From: Tagaea sp.
Lineage (GTDB): Bacteria > Pseudomonadota > Alphaproteobacteria > CACIAM-22H2
Assembly: GCA_965279525.1 (NCBI GenBank)
Contig: CBDIIB010000004.1
Coordinates: 768,001 to 832,000, forward strand
Reading direction: 5' to 3'
DNA length: 64,000 nt
The notes below the pieces were generated by a model. It saw only the letters and a list, made by a program, of their open reading frames with translations. It was not told where the DNA came from and made no database searches. The stretch's first letter is position 1, and the number at the start of each line of letters is the position of its first letter. The position numbers and the translations under genes were made by a program. Shown piece by piece: positions 21,113-30,895 of the stretch.

Positions 21113-21714
21113 AGCCCGATACGGTCGTCTTCGATCTTGGCGGCGTCCTGATCGACTGGAATCCACGCTATCTCTACAGCAAGCTGATACCGGACGAGGC
21201 AGAGCGCGAGCGCTTCCTCGCCGAAGTCTGCACCCACGATTGGAACGTTGCCCAGGACGCAGGCCGGACGATCGCGGACGCCGTCGCCGAGGCGATTTCG
21301 CGTCATCCCGGCAAGGCAGACCTGATACGCGCGTTCTACGACCGCTTCGACGAGATGATGGGCGGGCCGGTTCAAGGCACGGTCGACATCCTCGAACGGC
21401 TCCATGCGAAGGGCACGCCGCTTTACGCGCTAACGAACTGGTCGGCCGAAACATTCCCGATCGGCCGGCGGCGCTTCAAGTTCCTCGGCAGGTTCCGCCA
21501 CATCACCGTGTCGGGTGAGCTGAAGCTCGCCAAACCGGATCCGGCGATCTACCGGCATGTGCTTGCGGCGGCAGGAAAGCCGGCGACGTCCTGCGTTTTC
21601 ATCGACGACGCGCCCAAGAACGTCGCCGCAGCGGCGGCTCTCGGGTTCCATGCGATCCATTTCGTCGACCCGGACGATCTGGGCATGAGGCTCGCGGGCT
21701 TGGGATTTCTGTAA
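21109..21714 (+). CDS. HAD-family phosphatase
   Basis: VVFDLGGVL motif I, LTN, KPDPAIY, FIDD. Confidence 0.88.
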   Translation: MKPDTVVFDLGGVLIDWNPRYLYSKLIPDEAERERFLAEVCTHDWNVAQDAGRTIADAVAEAISRHPGKADLIRAFYDRFDEMMGGPVQGTVDILERLHAKGTPLYALTNWSAETFPIGRRRFKFLGRFRHITVSGELKLAKPDPAIYRHVLAAAGKPATSCVFIDDAPKNVAAAAALGFHAIHFVDPDDLGMRLAGLGFL

Positions 21715-21761
21715 AGCCTGCGTAGAATTCCGGCACGAGCGAATGATTGGGGACGAGTGAC

Positions 21762-22715
21762 GTGAGCGAAGACAGCTATCCGGTAAATATCGCGCCGCCC
21801 GACATCTCCGCCTACAAGGCCGGGAATACCGGCATCGACTACGCCACGACGCTCGATTCCGGTATCGACGGCCCGCACGCCATGATCACGGCCGTCGTGC
21901 ATGGAAACGAGCTTTGCGGCGCCATCGCGCTCGACTGGCTGATGCGCGAGAGCGTCCGGCCCGTGCGCGGCAAACTGACGCTGATGTACTGCAACATCGC
22001 CGCCTTTCTTTCCTTCGATCCCGCAAATCCGCAGGCCTCGCGATTTGTCGACGAGGATTTCAACCGCGTCTGGGCCGAGGCCACGCTCGACGGGCCGCGC
22101 AAATCGCGCGAGCTGGCGCGCGCGCGCGAAATCCGCCCGCTCGTCGCGCAGGCCGACCTGCTTCTCGACATCCACTCGATGCAGCATCCCACGCTTCCGT
22201 TGATGCTGAGCGGCCCGCTCGAGAAGGGTCGCCGTTTCGCGCGTGACATCGGCGTGCCCGAGACGATCGTCAGCGACGAAGGCCATTCGGCGGGCAAGCG
22301 GATGCGCGACTACGGCGCCTTCGCCGATCCCGCCAGTCCGAAGAACGCGCTCCTGATCGAGTGCGGACAGCATTGGGAGACGGATTCCGTCGATGTCGCC
22401 AAGGAAACGGCTTTGCGGTTCCTGCTGGCGACGGGCTGCGTGGCCCGGGACTGGATCGAGGAACGCCTTCCGCCTCGCAAGCCGGCGGCGCAGCGCACGA
22501 TCGAAGTCACGCATGCGGTGACGATCGGGAGCGAGGATTTCCGGTTCGTTTCCGAATTCAAGGGTCTTGAGGTAATCGCGAAGACAGGCGACGAGATCGC
22601 GCGAGACGGGGACAAGGTCGTTCGCGCACCGTACGACAACTGCGTCCTGATCATGCCGTCGCGCCGTCTGGGCAAGGGACAGACGGCCGTCCGTCTCGGT
22701 CGCTACGTTTCCTGA
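21762..22715 (+). CDS. Succinylglutamate desuccinylase/aspartoacylase (M14-like) family protein
   Basis: HGNE, DFNR, LLDIHS, IECGQH zinc-carboxypeptidase motifs; start approximate (GTG 21762). Confidence 0.85.
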   Translation: MSEDSYPVNIAPPDISAYKAGNTGIDYATTLDSGIDGPHAMITAVVHGNELCGAIALDWLMRESVRPVRGKLTLMYCNIAAFLSFDPANPQASRFVDEDFNRVWAEATLDGPRKSRELARAREIRPLVAQADLLLDIHSMQHPTLPLMLSGPLEKGRRFARDIGVPETIVSDEGHSAGKRMRDYGAFADPASPKNALLIECGQHWETDSVDVAKETALRFLLATGCVARDWIEERLPPRKPAAQRTIEVTHAVTIGSEDFRFVSEFKGLEVIAKTGDEIARDGDKVVRAPYDNCVLIMPSRRLGKGQTAVRLGRYVS

Positions 22716-23797
22716 TGGGGAACACGACGACGGCCGGCAGCATCGACTGGAAGGCATTGTTCGTTACCGTGGCGCTCGGGACAGCCGGTGGCGCGCTGTT
22801 CCGCTGGCTGACCATCCCGCTGCCGTGGATGCTGGGCGCCGTCACCTTCACCACGATCGCGGCAATGTCGGGTGCCGTGCCGCTGACGATGCCACGCCGG
22901 ATACGTGCCGGATTTCTGACCATCCTCGGCGTTCTCCTCGGGGCCAGCTTCACGCCTGCGATCATCTCGCGCATGCACGAGTGGCTGTGGACCGTGGCCG
23001 GTCTTGCGGTATGGGCGATCGTCGCGGGCGCAGGCGCCTATGTCTATCTCCGGCGGTTCGCGCGCTTCGACAAGGTCACTGCCTTTTTCGCCGCCACGCC
23101 CGGCGGCCTTGCCGAGATGGTGCTTGTCGGCAGCCAGAACGGCGCCAATGTGCCGACGCTGGCGCTCTGCCACGCCGTCCGCGTTATGCTTGTCGTCCTC
23201 GTCGTTCCGATCTGGTTCCGCCTCGAAGGCCTGATTTCACCCCAGCAGACGCAGGCGCTGGTCGGGATCCTCGACGTCGCACCGGTGGACTACGCGATTC
23301 TTGCCGCATGCGCGATCGGCGGCAGCTTCCTCGGAACGCGCCTCGGGCTTCCGGCTGCCGGAATGCTCGGACCGCTGCTGTGCTCGGTCGCGGTGCACCT
23401 CGCGGGCTTCACCGAAAGCCAGCCGCCTTATCTGCTCACGGCCGCGGCACAGGTCGTCCTCGGCTCGGCGATCGGTCTGCGTTTCGCTGGCACGACGCCG
23501 CGTTCGATTGCGGCCGATGCCGGCCACGGCGCCGTCGCGACGGTGATCATGCTCGGCTTCGCGATCCTTTTCGCGATCGGCTTCGCGCGACTGACCGGAC
23601 AGTCCTTCGCCGGCCTTGTGCTCGCCTTCGCACCCGGCGGCTTCGCGGAGATGAGCCTCATCGCGCTCGCATTGTCGGTCGATTCCGCGTTCGTCGCCTC
23701 GCACCACCTGATCCGCATCATCCTGGTGGTGACGCTGGCACCGCTGATTTTCCGGCGCTTCGCCGGACCTCCGCCGCCCGGCTCTACTGGATTTTGA
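22715..23797 (+). CDS. AbrB-family duplicated membrane protein
   Basis: Twofold repeat of PLPWMLG...PGGLAEM and PAAGMLG...PGGFAEM; about 10 hydrophobic segments. Confidence 0.85.
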   Translation: MGNTTTAGSIDWKALFVTVALGTAGGALFRWLTIPLPWMLGAVTFTTIAAMSGAVPLTMPRRIRAGFLTILGVLLGASFTPAIISRMHEWLWTVAGLAVWAIVAGAGAYVYLRRFARFDKVTAFFAATPGGLAEMVLVGSQNGANVPTLALCHAVRVMLVVLVVPIWFRLEGLISPQQTQALVGILDVAPVDYAILAACAIGGSFLGTRLGLPAAGMLGPLLCSVAVHLAGFTESQPPYLLTAAAQVVLGSAIGLRFAGTTPRSIAADAGHGAVATVIMLGFAILFAIGFARLTGQSFAGLVLAFAPGGFAEMSLIALALSVDSAFVASHHLIRIILVVTLAPLIFRRFAGPPPPGSTGF

Positions 23798-24599
23798 GCG
23801 TGACGCCGCCATCGACAGGCAGCGCCACGCCTGTGATGTAGCTCGCCTCGTCGGAGGCAAGGAAAAGCGCTGCCCGCGCCACATCCCACGCGTCGCCCAT
23901 CTTCCCGGTCGGGCACATCGCATCGCGCACGGCGATCATCCTGGCGATGTCGCCGCCGCCGTAGGCACCCTTGAGCGGTTCGACGATCATCGGCGTGTTC
24001 ATCAGCCCCGGCAGGATGCAGTTGGCGCGCACGCCCTTGGCCGCATACTGGACCGCCACCGACTGCGTGAACGGGATCACGGCGCCCTTGGTCGTGCCGT
24101 AGGCGATGTACGGTACGCCGAGATAGCGGATGCCGGCGATCGAAGCGATGTTGACGATCGCCCCGCCCCGTCCGTCTCGCGCATGCTGCGCCACGAAGAC
24201 CGGAAGTACATGCTTGCAGGTGAGGAACATCGATTTGAGATTGACGCGCACGACACGGTCCCAGTCGGTCTCGTCGAGTTCTTCCGGCCCGCCGAGCGCC
24301 ACGATCCCGACATTGTTGTGCAGCACGTCGACGCGGCCCCATGCCGCGACGCAAGCACGCACCACCGTCGAAACGTCATCGGCCTTCGACACGTCAGCCG
24401 CATGCGCGATCGCCGTCCCGCCCTCGGACGCGATGATCGCCGCGGTCTCCTCGGCGGCTTCGCGGCGCAGATCGACGCACATCACGCGCGCACCTTCACG
24501 CGCATAGAGCACGCTTGCGGCCTTCCCGTTGCCCCAGCCGGGCCCGGACGAACCCGCACCGGTCACGATCGCCACCTTGCCTTCGAGCCGTCCGGCCAT
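23784..24599 (-). CDS. SDR-family oxidoreductase
   Basis: VTGAGS..G.GNG, NNVG, YGTTK, VDGG. Confidence 0.92.
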   Translation of the reverse strand: MAGRLEGKVAIVTGAGSSGPGWGNGKAASVLYAREGARVMCVDLRREAAEETAAIIASEGGTAIAHAADVSKADDVSTVVRACVAAWGRVDVLHNNVGIVALGGPEELDETDWDRVVRVNLKSMFLTCKHVLPVFVAQHARDGRGGAIVNIASIAGIRYLGVPYIAYGTTKGAVIPFTQSVAVQYAAKGVRANCILPGLMNTPMIVEPLKGAYGGGDIARMIAVRDAMCPTGKMGDAWDVARAALFLASDEASYITGVALPVDGGVTLKIQ

Positions 24600-24600
24600 C

Positions 24601-26076
24601 CTATTTCTCCTTCGCCATGCGTGCGCGCAGTTCCGTCTTCAGGATCTTGCCGTAGGCGTTCTTGGGAAGCGCTTCGACGAACCTGTATTCCTTGGGTCGC
24701 TTGAAACGCGCGATGCGCGACAGGCACAGCGAGTCGAGATCGGCTGACGCCAGCGTGCCGTCCCTCGCGACGACGAACGCCACGACGCTCTCGCCCCATT
24801 CGGCATCCGGCACGCCGATCACCGAAACTTCCGCGACGCCCGGATGCGCCTGCAGGGTTTCCTCGACCTCGCGCGGATAGATGTTCGATCCGCCCGAGAT
24901 GATGACATCCTTCGAGCGGTCCTTGAGCGTGAGGAAGCCGCGCGTGTCGAACGCGCCGATGTCGCCGGTATGGAGCCAGCCGTCCGCGAGCGTCCGGGCG
25001 CTTGCGGCTGGATCCCGCCAGTATCCCTTCATCACGCTATCGCCGCGCACCAGCACCTCGCCGTCGTCGCCAAGCCGCACTTCGACCACGGACTGCGGCG
25101 TTCCCGCCGAGCCGAGGACCGCATCGTCGCCCGCCCGATGGGCGGCCTCCATCGTGGCGCGCGTCATGCCGGTGATGCACATCGGCGACTCGCCCTGGCC
25201 ATAGAGCTGGGCGAAGCGGAAGCCGTAGGCGGAGATAGCCGCCTTGAGGTCGGCAACGTACATCGGTGCACCGCCATAGACGATGGTGCGCAGGTTGCCG
25301 GGATCGGCCGAAGGCGGGTTCGCGACAAGTCGCTTGATCATCGTCGGCGCCGCGAACATCGTTGCGGCCGGCCAATGCGCGAACAGCCGTGCGAGTTCCG
25401 TCGGCTCGAAGTGCCCGCTTTCGGGAATGACCTGCGCGTTGCCGATCGCAAGCATCGGCAGCATGTAGAGGCCCGAGCCGTGCGACATCGGTGCGGCGTG
25501 GACGATGATACCCGGTGCGGGCGGATCGATGTCGATGAAATAGCTCGTCGCCATCGCCAGCAGGTTGCGGTGACTCAACATCGCGCCTTTCGGGCGCCCG
25601 GTCGTGCCGCTCGTATAGAAAAGCCATGCAAGATCGTCCGGCTCGGTCGGTGCGATTCCGACGGCATCGGCGGCAAGGAGCCGTCGCCATTCGGTCCCGC
25701 CGATCTCGACCGCGCGGATCGCGGCCGCCGCCTCGCCGACCGCTTGCGCCAAGTCGGACGAATGGAGAATCAACGACGCCTCGCTGTGGGCGAAGCAATA
25801 GGCGATTTCCCGGGCATGCAGCTTCGCGTTGATAGGGACCGCGGCAAGGCCGGCGTGCCATATCGCGTAGAGGGCGCGCGCATAGTCCGGCGAGTTGGCG
25901 GCGACGATCGCCACCCGGTCGCCCCGCGTCAGGCCGAGCGCCAGCAGGCCGCCGGCAAGTGCTGCCACATCGCGCGCCATGCCCGCCCAATCCGCCACGA
26001 CGCGCAGGCCGTGACCGAGCGCCGGACCAAAGGGATCGCGCAGCGCGTTGCGCTGCAGATGCGCGGCAAGATTCAT
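24601..26076 (-). CDS. AMP-binding acyl-CoA synthetase
   Basis: FYTSGTTGRPKG, YGQGE, TGDIG, DRSKD, LPKNAYGK. Confidence 0.92.
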   Translation of the reverse strand: MNLAAHLQRNALRDPFGPALGHGLRVVADWAGMARDVAALAGGLLALGLTRGDRVAIVAANSPDYARALYAIWHAGLAAVPINAKLHAREIAYCFAHSEASLILHSSDLAQAVGEAAAAIRAVEIGGTEWRRLLAADAVGIAPTEPDDLAWLFYTSGTTGRPKGAMLSHRNLLAMATSYFIDIDPPAPGIIVHAAPMSHGSGLYMLPMLAIGNAQVIPESGHFEPTELARLFAHWPAATMFAAPTMIKRLVANPPSADPGNLRTIVYGGAPMYVADLKAAISAYGFRFAQLYGQGESPMCITGMTRATMEAAHRAGDDAVLGSAGTPQSVVEVRLGDDGEVLVRGDSVMKGYWRDPAASARTLADGWLHTGDIGAFDTRGFLTLKDRSKDVIISGGSNIYPREVEETLQAHPGVAEVSVIGVPDAEWGESVVAFVVARDGTLASADLDSLCLSRIARFKRPKEYRFVEALPKNAYGKILKTELRARMAKEK

Positions 26077-26510
26077 GCAACCGGCCCCAGGATCGCGTAA
26101 GTTGAGGAGACCTGCACGGCGGTCTCGCTCCCGGCGCCGGCAGCCAGCGAAACTTCGCCGAAGGCCAGCGTGCGGCCGACTTTCAGCAGATGCACGCGCG
26201 CGATCACTTCCGGGCCAGCGAGCGGCCGGATGAAGGTCGTCGTCTGCGAAACGGTCGTCATCGGGCGATAACCGCCCGACGCCGCCGAAATCGCGAAAAC
26301 CATCGCGGTGTCGGCCAGCGCCATGCTCGCCTGCCCGCAGACGATTCCACCTTCGCGGGCGATCCGGTCGCCTGCCGGCATCCGCAGCACGGCCATGCCG
26401 TCGCGCCGGAGTTCGACGAAGTCGATTCCGAGTTCGACGATCCATGGCGCGAATTTTGCGGCAAGGACTGCGCGCGCCGCGTCGATATCGAATGTCACGA
26501 GGCCATCCAT
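26073..26510 (-). CDS. PaaI-family (hotdog) thioesterase
   Basis: GGIVCGQASMALADTAM, TTTFIRP, GRTLAFGEV. Confidence 0.85.
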   Translation of the reverse strand: MDGLVTFDIDAARAVLAAKFAPWIVELGIDFVELRRDGMAVLRMPAGDRIAREGGIVCGQASMALADTAMVFAISAASGGYRPMTTVSQTTTFIRPLAGPEVIARVHLLKVGRTLAFGEVSLAAGAGSETAVQVSSTYAILGPVA

Positions 26511-26696
26511 TGCAGAAGGCCGGTCTCCCGGCTGACGTACACGAGAAGCCGGACCACCGCATAGGCGGCAAGCCCGAATGCCGCGGCGACCGCCAGGACC
26601 TTGAGATGCGCCATCCGCCCTGTCCTTTCGAGCGGCTTTACCGCACAGCTTCTTTGCGCGCATTATCGCCCCAGTCGCAACAGACGGGCAACCCGG

Positions 26697-28022
26697 ATGC
26701 CGCCGAGCACAAAAGTAAGCCAACACGACATAAACCACGCCGTCGGCCTGCACGAGAAGATGGCCAAGGGACAGACCGGGGGCGTGCGCCTGGTACTTTC
26801 GTTCAAGGTCGCCGAGCGGATGAACTTCCAGGGGCGCGACCTGTCGGAAGCCGAACTCGTCGGCGCCTATCTGTGCGAATCGAACTTTGGCAAGGCGAAG
26901 CTCACCCGCGCCAACCTGTTCGGCGCCGACCTGACGGGCTGCGACCTGCACGAGGCGGACCTGTCGAAGGCGGATCTGCGCGGCGCGCAGCTCAAGCGCG
27001 CCAATCTAGAGCGCGCCAACCTGACCGCCGCCGACATCCGCGACGGCTTCATCATCGTTCGCGACAAGGACGGCAACTTCAGCTACCACAACAACCAGCC
27101 GCAGGGCGCGGTCATCACCGACGCCAAATTCAACAACGCCGATCTCACCAACGCGAAGATGAGCCGCGTGTTCGGCCCGCGCACCGACCTGACCGGATGC
27201 ATCATGCGCGGCGCCATCCTGCGCCAGGCGGACCTCTCCAACTCCGACCTCAGCGGCGTCGTGCTGACGGGTGCGGACCTCACCAACGCCAATCTGTCGA
27301 ACTGCATCCTGCACGGCGCCACGCTAGCCGGAGCGCTGCTCGACAACACCAATCTCGAAGGAGCCGACCTGACGGCCTCGAATTTCGGCACGAAGGATCT
27401 TGCGCGCGTCGATACCTCGAAGGCGGTCCTGCCGGTCAACATCTCGAGCCTCGAGAAGTCGATCCAGCAGATCTTCATCGACCATCTCGAATGGCTGAAG
27501 ACGGAGGGCCGCAGCGGCGCCCAGGCCGATTTCGAACGCGTCAACCTCGCCGATCTCAACGCGCCCGGCGTCAACCTGTCGGCCGGACGGCTGGCGCTGT
27601 GCATCCTGCGCAACGCCAAGCTTGCCGGCGGCTATTTCCAGATGGCGGATTTCTCGTCGGCCTTCATGGCGAACTGCGATCTCGCCGGGGCCAAGCTCCA
27701 GGGCTCCAAGTTCGACAAGGCGACGCTGACCGGGGCAAAGCTGCGCGATGCCGACCTGTCGCCGATGCCGGTCGACAACATGAACCAGCGCAACTGGAAC
27801 TCGAAGCTCAAGGAAGCCAACCTCTCGAGCGCCGACCTGCGCGGGACGAACCTTGCGAAGGCCGATCTGACCGGCTCGATCCTGCGCCGCGCCGACTTGC
27901 GCGGCGCCGACCTTTCCGACGCGATCCTGCTCGATTGCGATTTCTCGGGCGCCGATCTGCGGGAAGCCAACCTGAAAGGTGCCGACACGCGCGGAACGTC
28001 GGGGCTGGAAAAAGCGCTCTAA
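26697..28022 (+). CDS. Pentapeptide-repeat protein with two repeat blocks
   Basis: Extensive A(D/N)Lxx repeats in two tracts, each preceded by a helical H-x-x-(W/M) cap segment. Confidence 0.9.
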   Translation: MPPSTKVSQHDINHAVGLHEKMAKGQTGGVRLVLSFKVAERMNFQGRDLSEAELVGAYLCESNFGKAKLTRANLFGADLTGCDLHEADLSKADLRGAQLKRANLERANLTAADIRDGFIIVRDKDGNFSYHNNQPQGAVITDAKFNNADLTNAKMSRVFGPRTDLTGCIMRGAILRQADLSNSDLSGVVLTGADLTNANLSNCILHGATLAGALLDNTNLEGADLTASNFGTKDLARVDTSKAVLPVNISSLEKSIQQIFIDHLEWLKTEGRSGAQADFERVNLADLNAPGVNLSAGRLALCILRNAKLAGGYFQMADFSSAFMANCDLAGAKLQGSKFDKATLTGAKLRDADLSPMPVDNMNQRNWNSKLKEANLSSADLRGTNLAKADLTGSILRRADLRGADLSDAILLDCDFSGADLREANLKGADTRGTSGLEKAL

Positions 28023-28128
28023 GTTTCCGCAAATTTTTCTGTGAACAATTCGCATCCCGGGCTTTGCAATCTGCGAATCCCGACTACAGTTGTGGGATGC
28101 CAAGTTGTCTCCCCCCGCCCCCCGCCTG

Positions 28129-28812
28129 ATGGGCGAAGGTCCGAAATTCGAACGCAAGGTCGTCATGACGCTGAAGGGCGTCGACGGGGCATTGCGCGAT
28201 TTCGAGATCACACAAGGTCCGCGCCTGCAGCGCTTCCGCTTTCCCGCCGGTGCGCTGATCTTCAAGGAAGGCGAGCCCGGCGACAACGCCTTCCTGATCG
28301 AAAGCGGAACGGTGTCGATCGTCCAGACCCTGAGTGTGCCAGGAAAGAAAACGCTCAACACGACCGCAGCGGTCATCGAACCCGGTCGCGTTGCGATCCA
28401 CGAATTCACGTCGGAAGCGGCGCCCCCGGACGCCGAAATAGCTCGGCTCGGCGTCGGCGCCATGTTCGGCGAACTGGCGCTGATCGACGGCATGCCCCGC
28501 TCGGCAAGTGCGCGCGCGGCGGACAACACCGTGTGCGTCGCGGTGTCGCCTTCCCAACTCGACACCCACCTCCAGCAAGCCTCGCCCGAGCTCGCCGCGC
28601 GCATCCGCGTGCTGATGGCCTTCATCCGCGCCGTGCCGGCGCGCGCGACATGGCCGGACGACAAGTTCCCGCAAGCCCGCCTGAGCGACCTTGCGGCCGT
28701 GCAGCTCGCCCTCGATCCGCGCGACCGGGGCGGTCCGCTGGACATCAAGAGCGCGTTCCTGCGCGCGATCTACCGTTCTCTGTGCGAATACGCGCTGTCG
28801 CGCTTTCCCTGA
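28129..28812 (+). CDS. Cyclic-nucleotide-binding domain protein without a DNA-binding HTH
   Basis: IFKEGEPGDNAFLIESGTV ... FGELALIDGMPRSASARA. Confidence 0.82.
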   Translation: MGEGPKFERKVVMTLKGVDGALRDFEITQGPRLQRFRFPAGALIFKEGEPGDNAFLIESGTVSIVQTLSVPGKKTLNTTAAVIEPGRVAIHEFTSEAAPPDAEIARLGVGAMFGELALIDGMPRSASARAADNTVCVAVSPSQLDTHLQQASPELAARIRVLMAFIRAVPARATWPDDKFPQARLSDLAAVQLALDPRDRGGPLDIKSAFLRAIYRSLCEYALSRFP

Positions 28813-29394
28813 TCAGCCCTTGTCGGGCAGCGCCGCGTCGAGCCGTTTGGACAGATACCAGGCGACGGCGAGGAACAGGATCAGCATCACCAGTGCCGCC
28901 TGTCCGGCAACTTCGCCCAGCGCCTTGTCCGAAACCTCGCTGAAGCCAAAGCCGATGCTCACCAGCGTGAGCGCCCAGATCGCGGCTGACGGCACGTTGA
29001 GGGCCGTGAACCGCCAGCGCGGCATGCTCGACATGCCGAAGGCGAAGCCCGCGAAGCCGCGAACGCCGTGGGGATAGCGGTAGACGAACATCATCCACCA
29101 ATGGTGCCTGTCGATCAGGCGTGCGGATTTCTCCACGCCTTTGCGCAGGCGCGGAAACGAATCGAACAGTGCCCCGCCGAAGCGTCGGCCCATCCAGAAC
29201 CGCAATTCGTCGCCGACGATGCCGCCGATCCAGACGGCAAGCACGGTCGGCCAGAAAGACAGCGCGTCCATGTGGACCGCATAGCCTGCGAACAGCGGCA
29301 GCAGCAGCGAGTTCGACGCCGCATATGACGCGACGAAGCCATAGGCAAGGTTGCCCTGGCTGCGGATGATTTCGAGTATCTGGGCGAGATCCAT
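28813..29394 (-). CDS. DedA-family membrane protein
   Basis: GDELRFWMGRRFG, RYPHGVR...AFG, FTALNVPSAAIW. Confidence 0.85.
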   Translation of the reverse strand: MDLAQILEIIRSQGNLAYGFVASYAASNSLLLPLFAGYAVHMDALSFWPTVLAVWIGGIVGDELRFWMGRRFGGALFDSFPRLRKGVEKSARLIDRHHWWMMFVYRYPHGVRGFAGFAFGMSSMPRWRFTALNVPSAAIWALTLVSIGFGFSEVSDKALGEVAGQAALVMLILFLAVAWYLSKRLDAALPDKG

Positions 29395-29441
29395 TGGCGA
29401 CCGCGATGGCAATGAGCTGCGTACATGGCTACGCTCAGCCC

Positions 29442-30455
29442 ATGAGTCAACACCCGATCTCGCTCGGTATCCTCGACCAGTCGCCGATCCCCGACGGCGG
29501 CACGGCCGCACAGGCCGTCGCCGCCACACTCGAGCTTGCCCAACTTGCCGAAAAGCTGGGCTATTCGCGCTACTGGGTCGCCGAGCACCATAATGCGCCG
29601 GGGTTCGCAGGGACCGTGCCCGAAATCCTGATCACGCGCATCGCGGCACTGACGTCACGCATCCGCGTCGGCTCGGCCGGCGTGATGCTTTCGCACTACG
29701 CGCCGCTGAAGGTGGCCGAGACGTTCCGGATGCTCGAAACGCTGTTTCCCGGCCGCATCGACCTGGGCATCGGGCGGGCACCGGGGTCCGACCAGCGCAC
29801 GGCCTACGCGCTCGAGCCGGGTGGTCCCTACGACATCGCGGAGTTTCCGGGCAAGATCCGCGACCTTCTCGGCTTCCTCGCCAACGACCTGCCCGAGGGC
29901 CATCCGTATCGCCAGATCCTCGCCCAGCCGGCCGGCCCGGCGATGCCGGAGATGTGGGTGCTCGGCTCGTCCGACCAGAGTGCGGCCTATGCCGCGATGT
30001 TCGGCCTGCCCTTCGCCTTCGCGCATTTCATCAGCGGCCAGGGCGGCGACGAAGCCTGTGACGCGTACCGCCGCCACTACACGCCGTCGAACGCCTATCC
30101 GGCACCGCGCACGGCACTGGCGGTCTTCGCGATCTGCGCTTCGACGGCCGCCGAGGCGACGCGGTTGGCGGCAAGCCGCGAACTCTGGCGCCTGCGCATC
30201 GAGCGCGGCGAACTCGGACCCATCCCGAGCCCGGAAGAAGCGCTCGCCTATCCCTACACCGATATCGAACGCGCCCGCATCGCGCGCACACGCGCCCGGC
30301 AGATCGTCGGCGATCCGGCCGAAGTGAAAATGAAAATCGAGGCACTGGCGCAGGCGCACGGCGCCTCGGATATCTCGATCGTGACCATCACGCACGATCC
30401 GGCGGCCCGCCGACGATCCTACGAATTGCTGGCCGCGGAGTTCGCGATCGTCTAG
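29442..30455 (+). CDS. Luciferase-like (LLM) flavin-dependent oxidoreductase
   Basis: ILDQSP, YWVAEHH, RVGSAGVML, GRIDLGIGRAPG, WVLGSS. Confidence 0.9.
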   Translation: MSQHPISLGILDQSPIPDGGTAAQAVAATLELAQLAEKLGYSRYWVAEHHNAPGFAGTVPEILITRIAALTSRIRVGSAGVMLSHYAPLKVAETFRMLETLFPGRIDLGIGRAPGSDQRTAYALEPGGPYDIAEFPGKIRDLLGFLANDLPEGHPYRQILAQPAGPAMPEMWVLGSSDQSAAYAAMFGLPFAFAHFISGQGGDEACDAYRRHYTPSNAYPAPRTALAVFAICASTAAEATRLAASRELWRLRIERGELGPIPSPEEALAYPYTDIERARIARTRARQIVGDPAEVKMKIEALAQAHGASDISIVTITHDPAARRRSYELLAAEFAIV

Positions 30456-30793
30456 CCGCGAACGGTCGGTAGGCCCGCCTGTTTCCAGGCACCCAGTCCG
30501 CCGGCAAGCGACACGACATTGGCGGCACCCAGCACGGGTGCCAGTGCCTGTGCCGCGCGCATCGATCGGCCGCCGGCCAGACACGCGACGACAACCCGTT
30601 TGCCCTTCAGGCCCGCGAGACTTGCCGGATCGAAGGTCGACAGCGGCGAAAGCAGCGCGCCGGGGATCCGCTCGGCCGCGAATTCCGCGACCTCGCGCAC
30701 GTCGATCAGCACCGCATCGCCGGCTTTGAGCCAGTCGCTTGCCTGTGCGCTATCGATCTCGCGCACGGTCGCCTGATTGTCGGACGGGCTCAT
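30452..30793 (-). CDS. Single-domain rhodanese (sulfurtransferase)
   Basis: LIDVREVAEF...IPGA, CLAGGRS active loop, LAGGLGAWKQAGLP. Confidence 0.88.
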   Translation of the reverse strand: MSPSDNQATVREIDSAQASDWLKAGDAVLIDVREVAEFAAERIPGALLSPLSTFDPASLAGLKGKRVVVACLAGGRSMRAAQALAPVLGAANVVSLAGGLGAWKQAGLPTVRG

Positions 30794-30895
30794 CGCTTCC
30801 TCGGGGGCCGGTTGTGCTACGTGGGGGTACAATTGGAGTATCCGGCGGGCGAAAACAAGATGGACTTTTCGCTCGAATGGCCGAAATTGACGGCC

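Noticed and set aside
22715-23797. Ammonia monooxygenase
   Set aside because: AbrB-family membrane proteins often carry this mislabel; no amoCAB-like genes are present.
26697-28022. Qnr/MfpA-type quinolone resistance protein
   Set aside because: About twice the length, a two-module architecture and no mobile context; pentapeptide repeats alone do not imply resistance.
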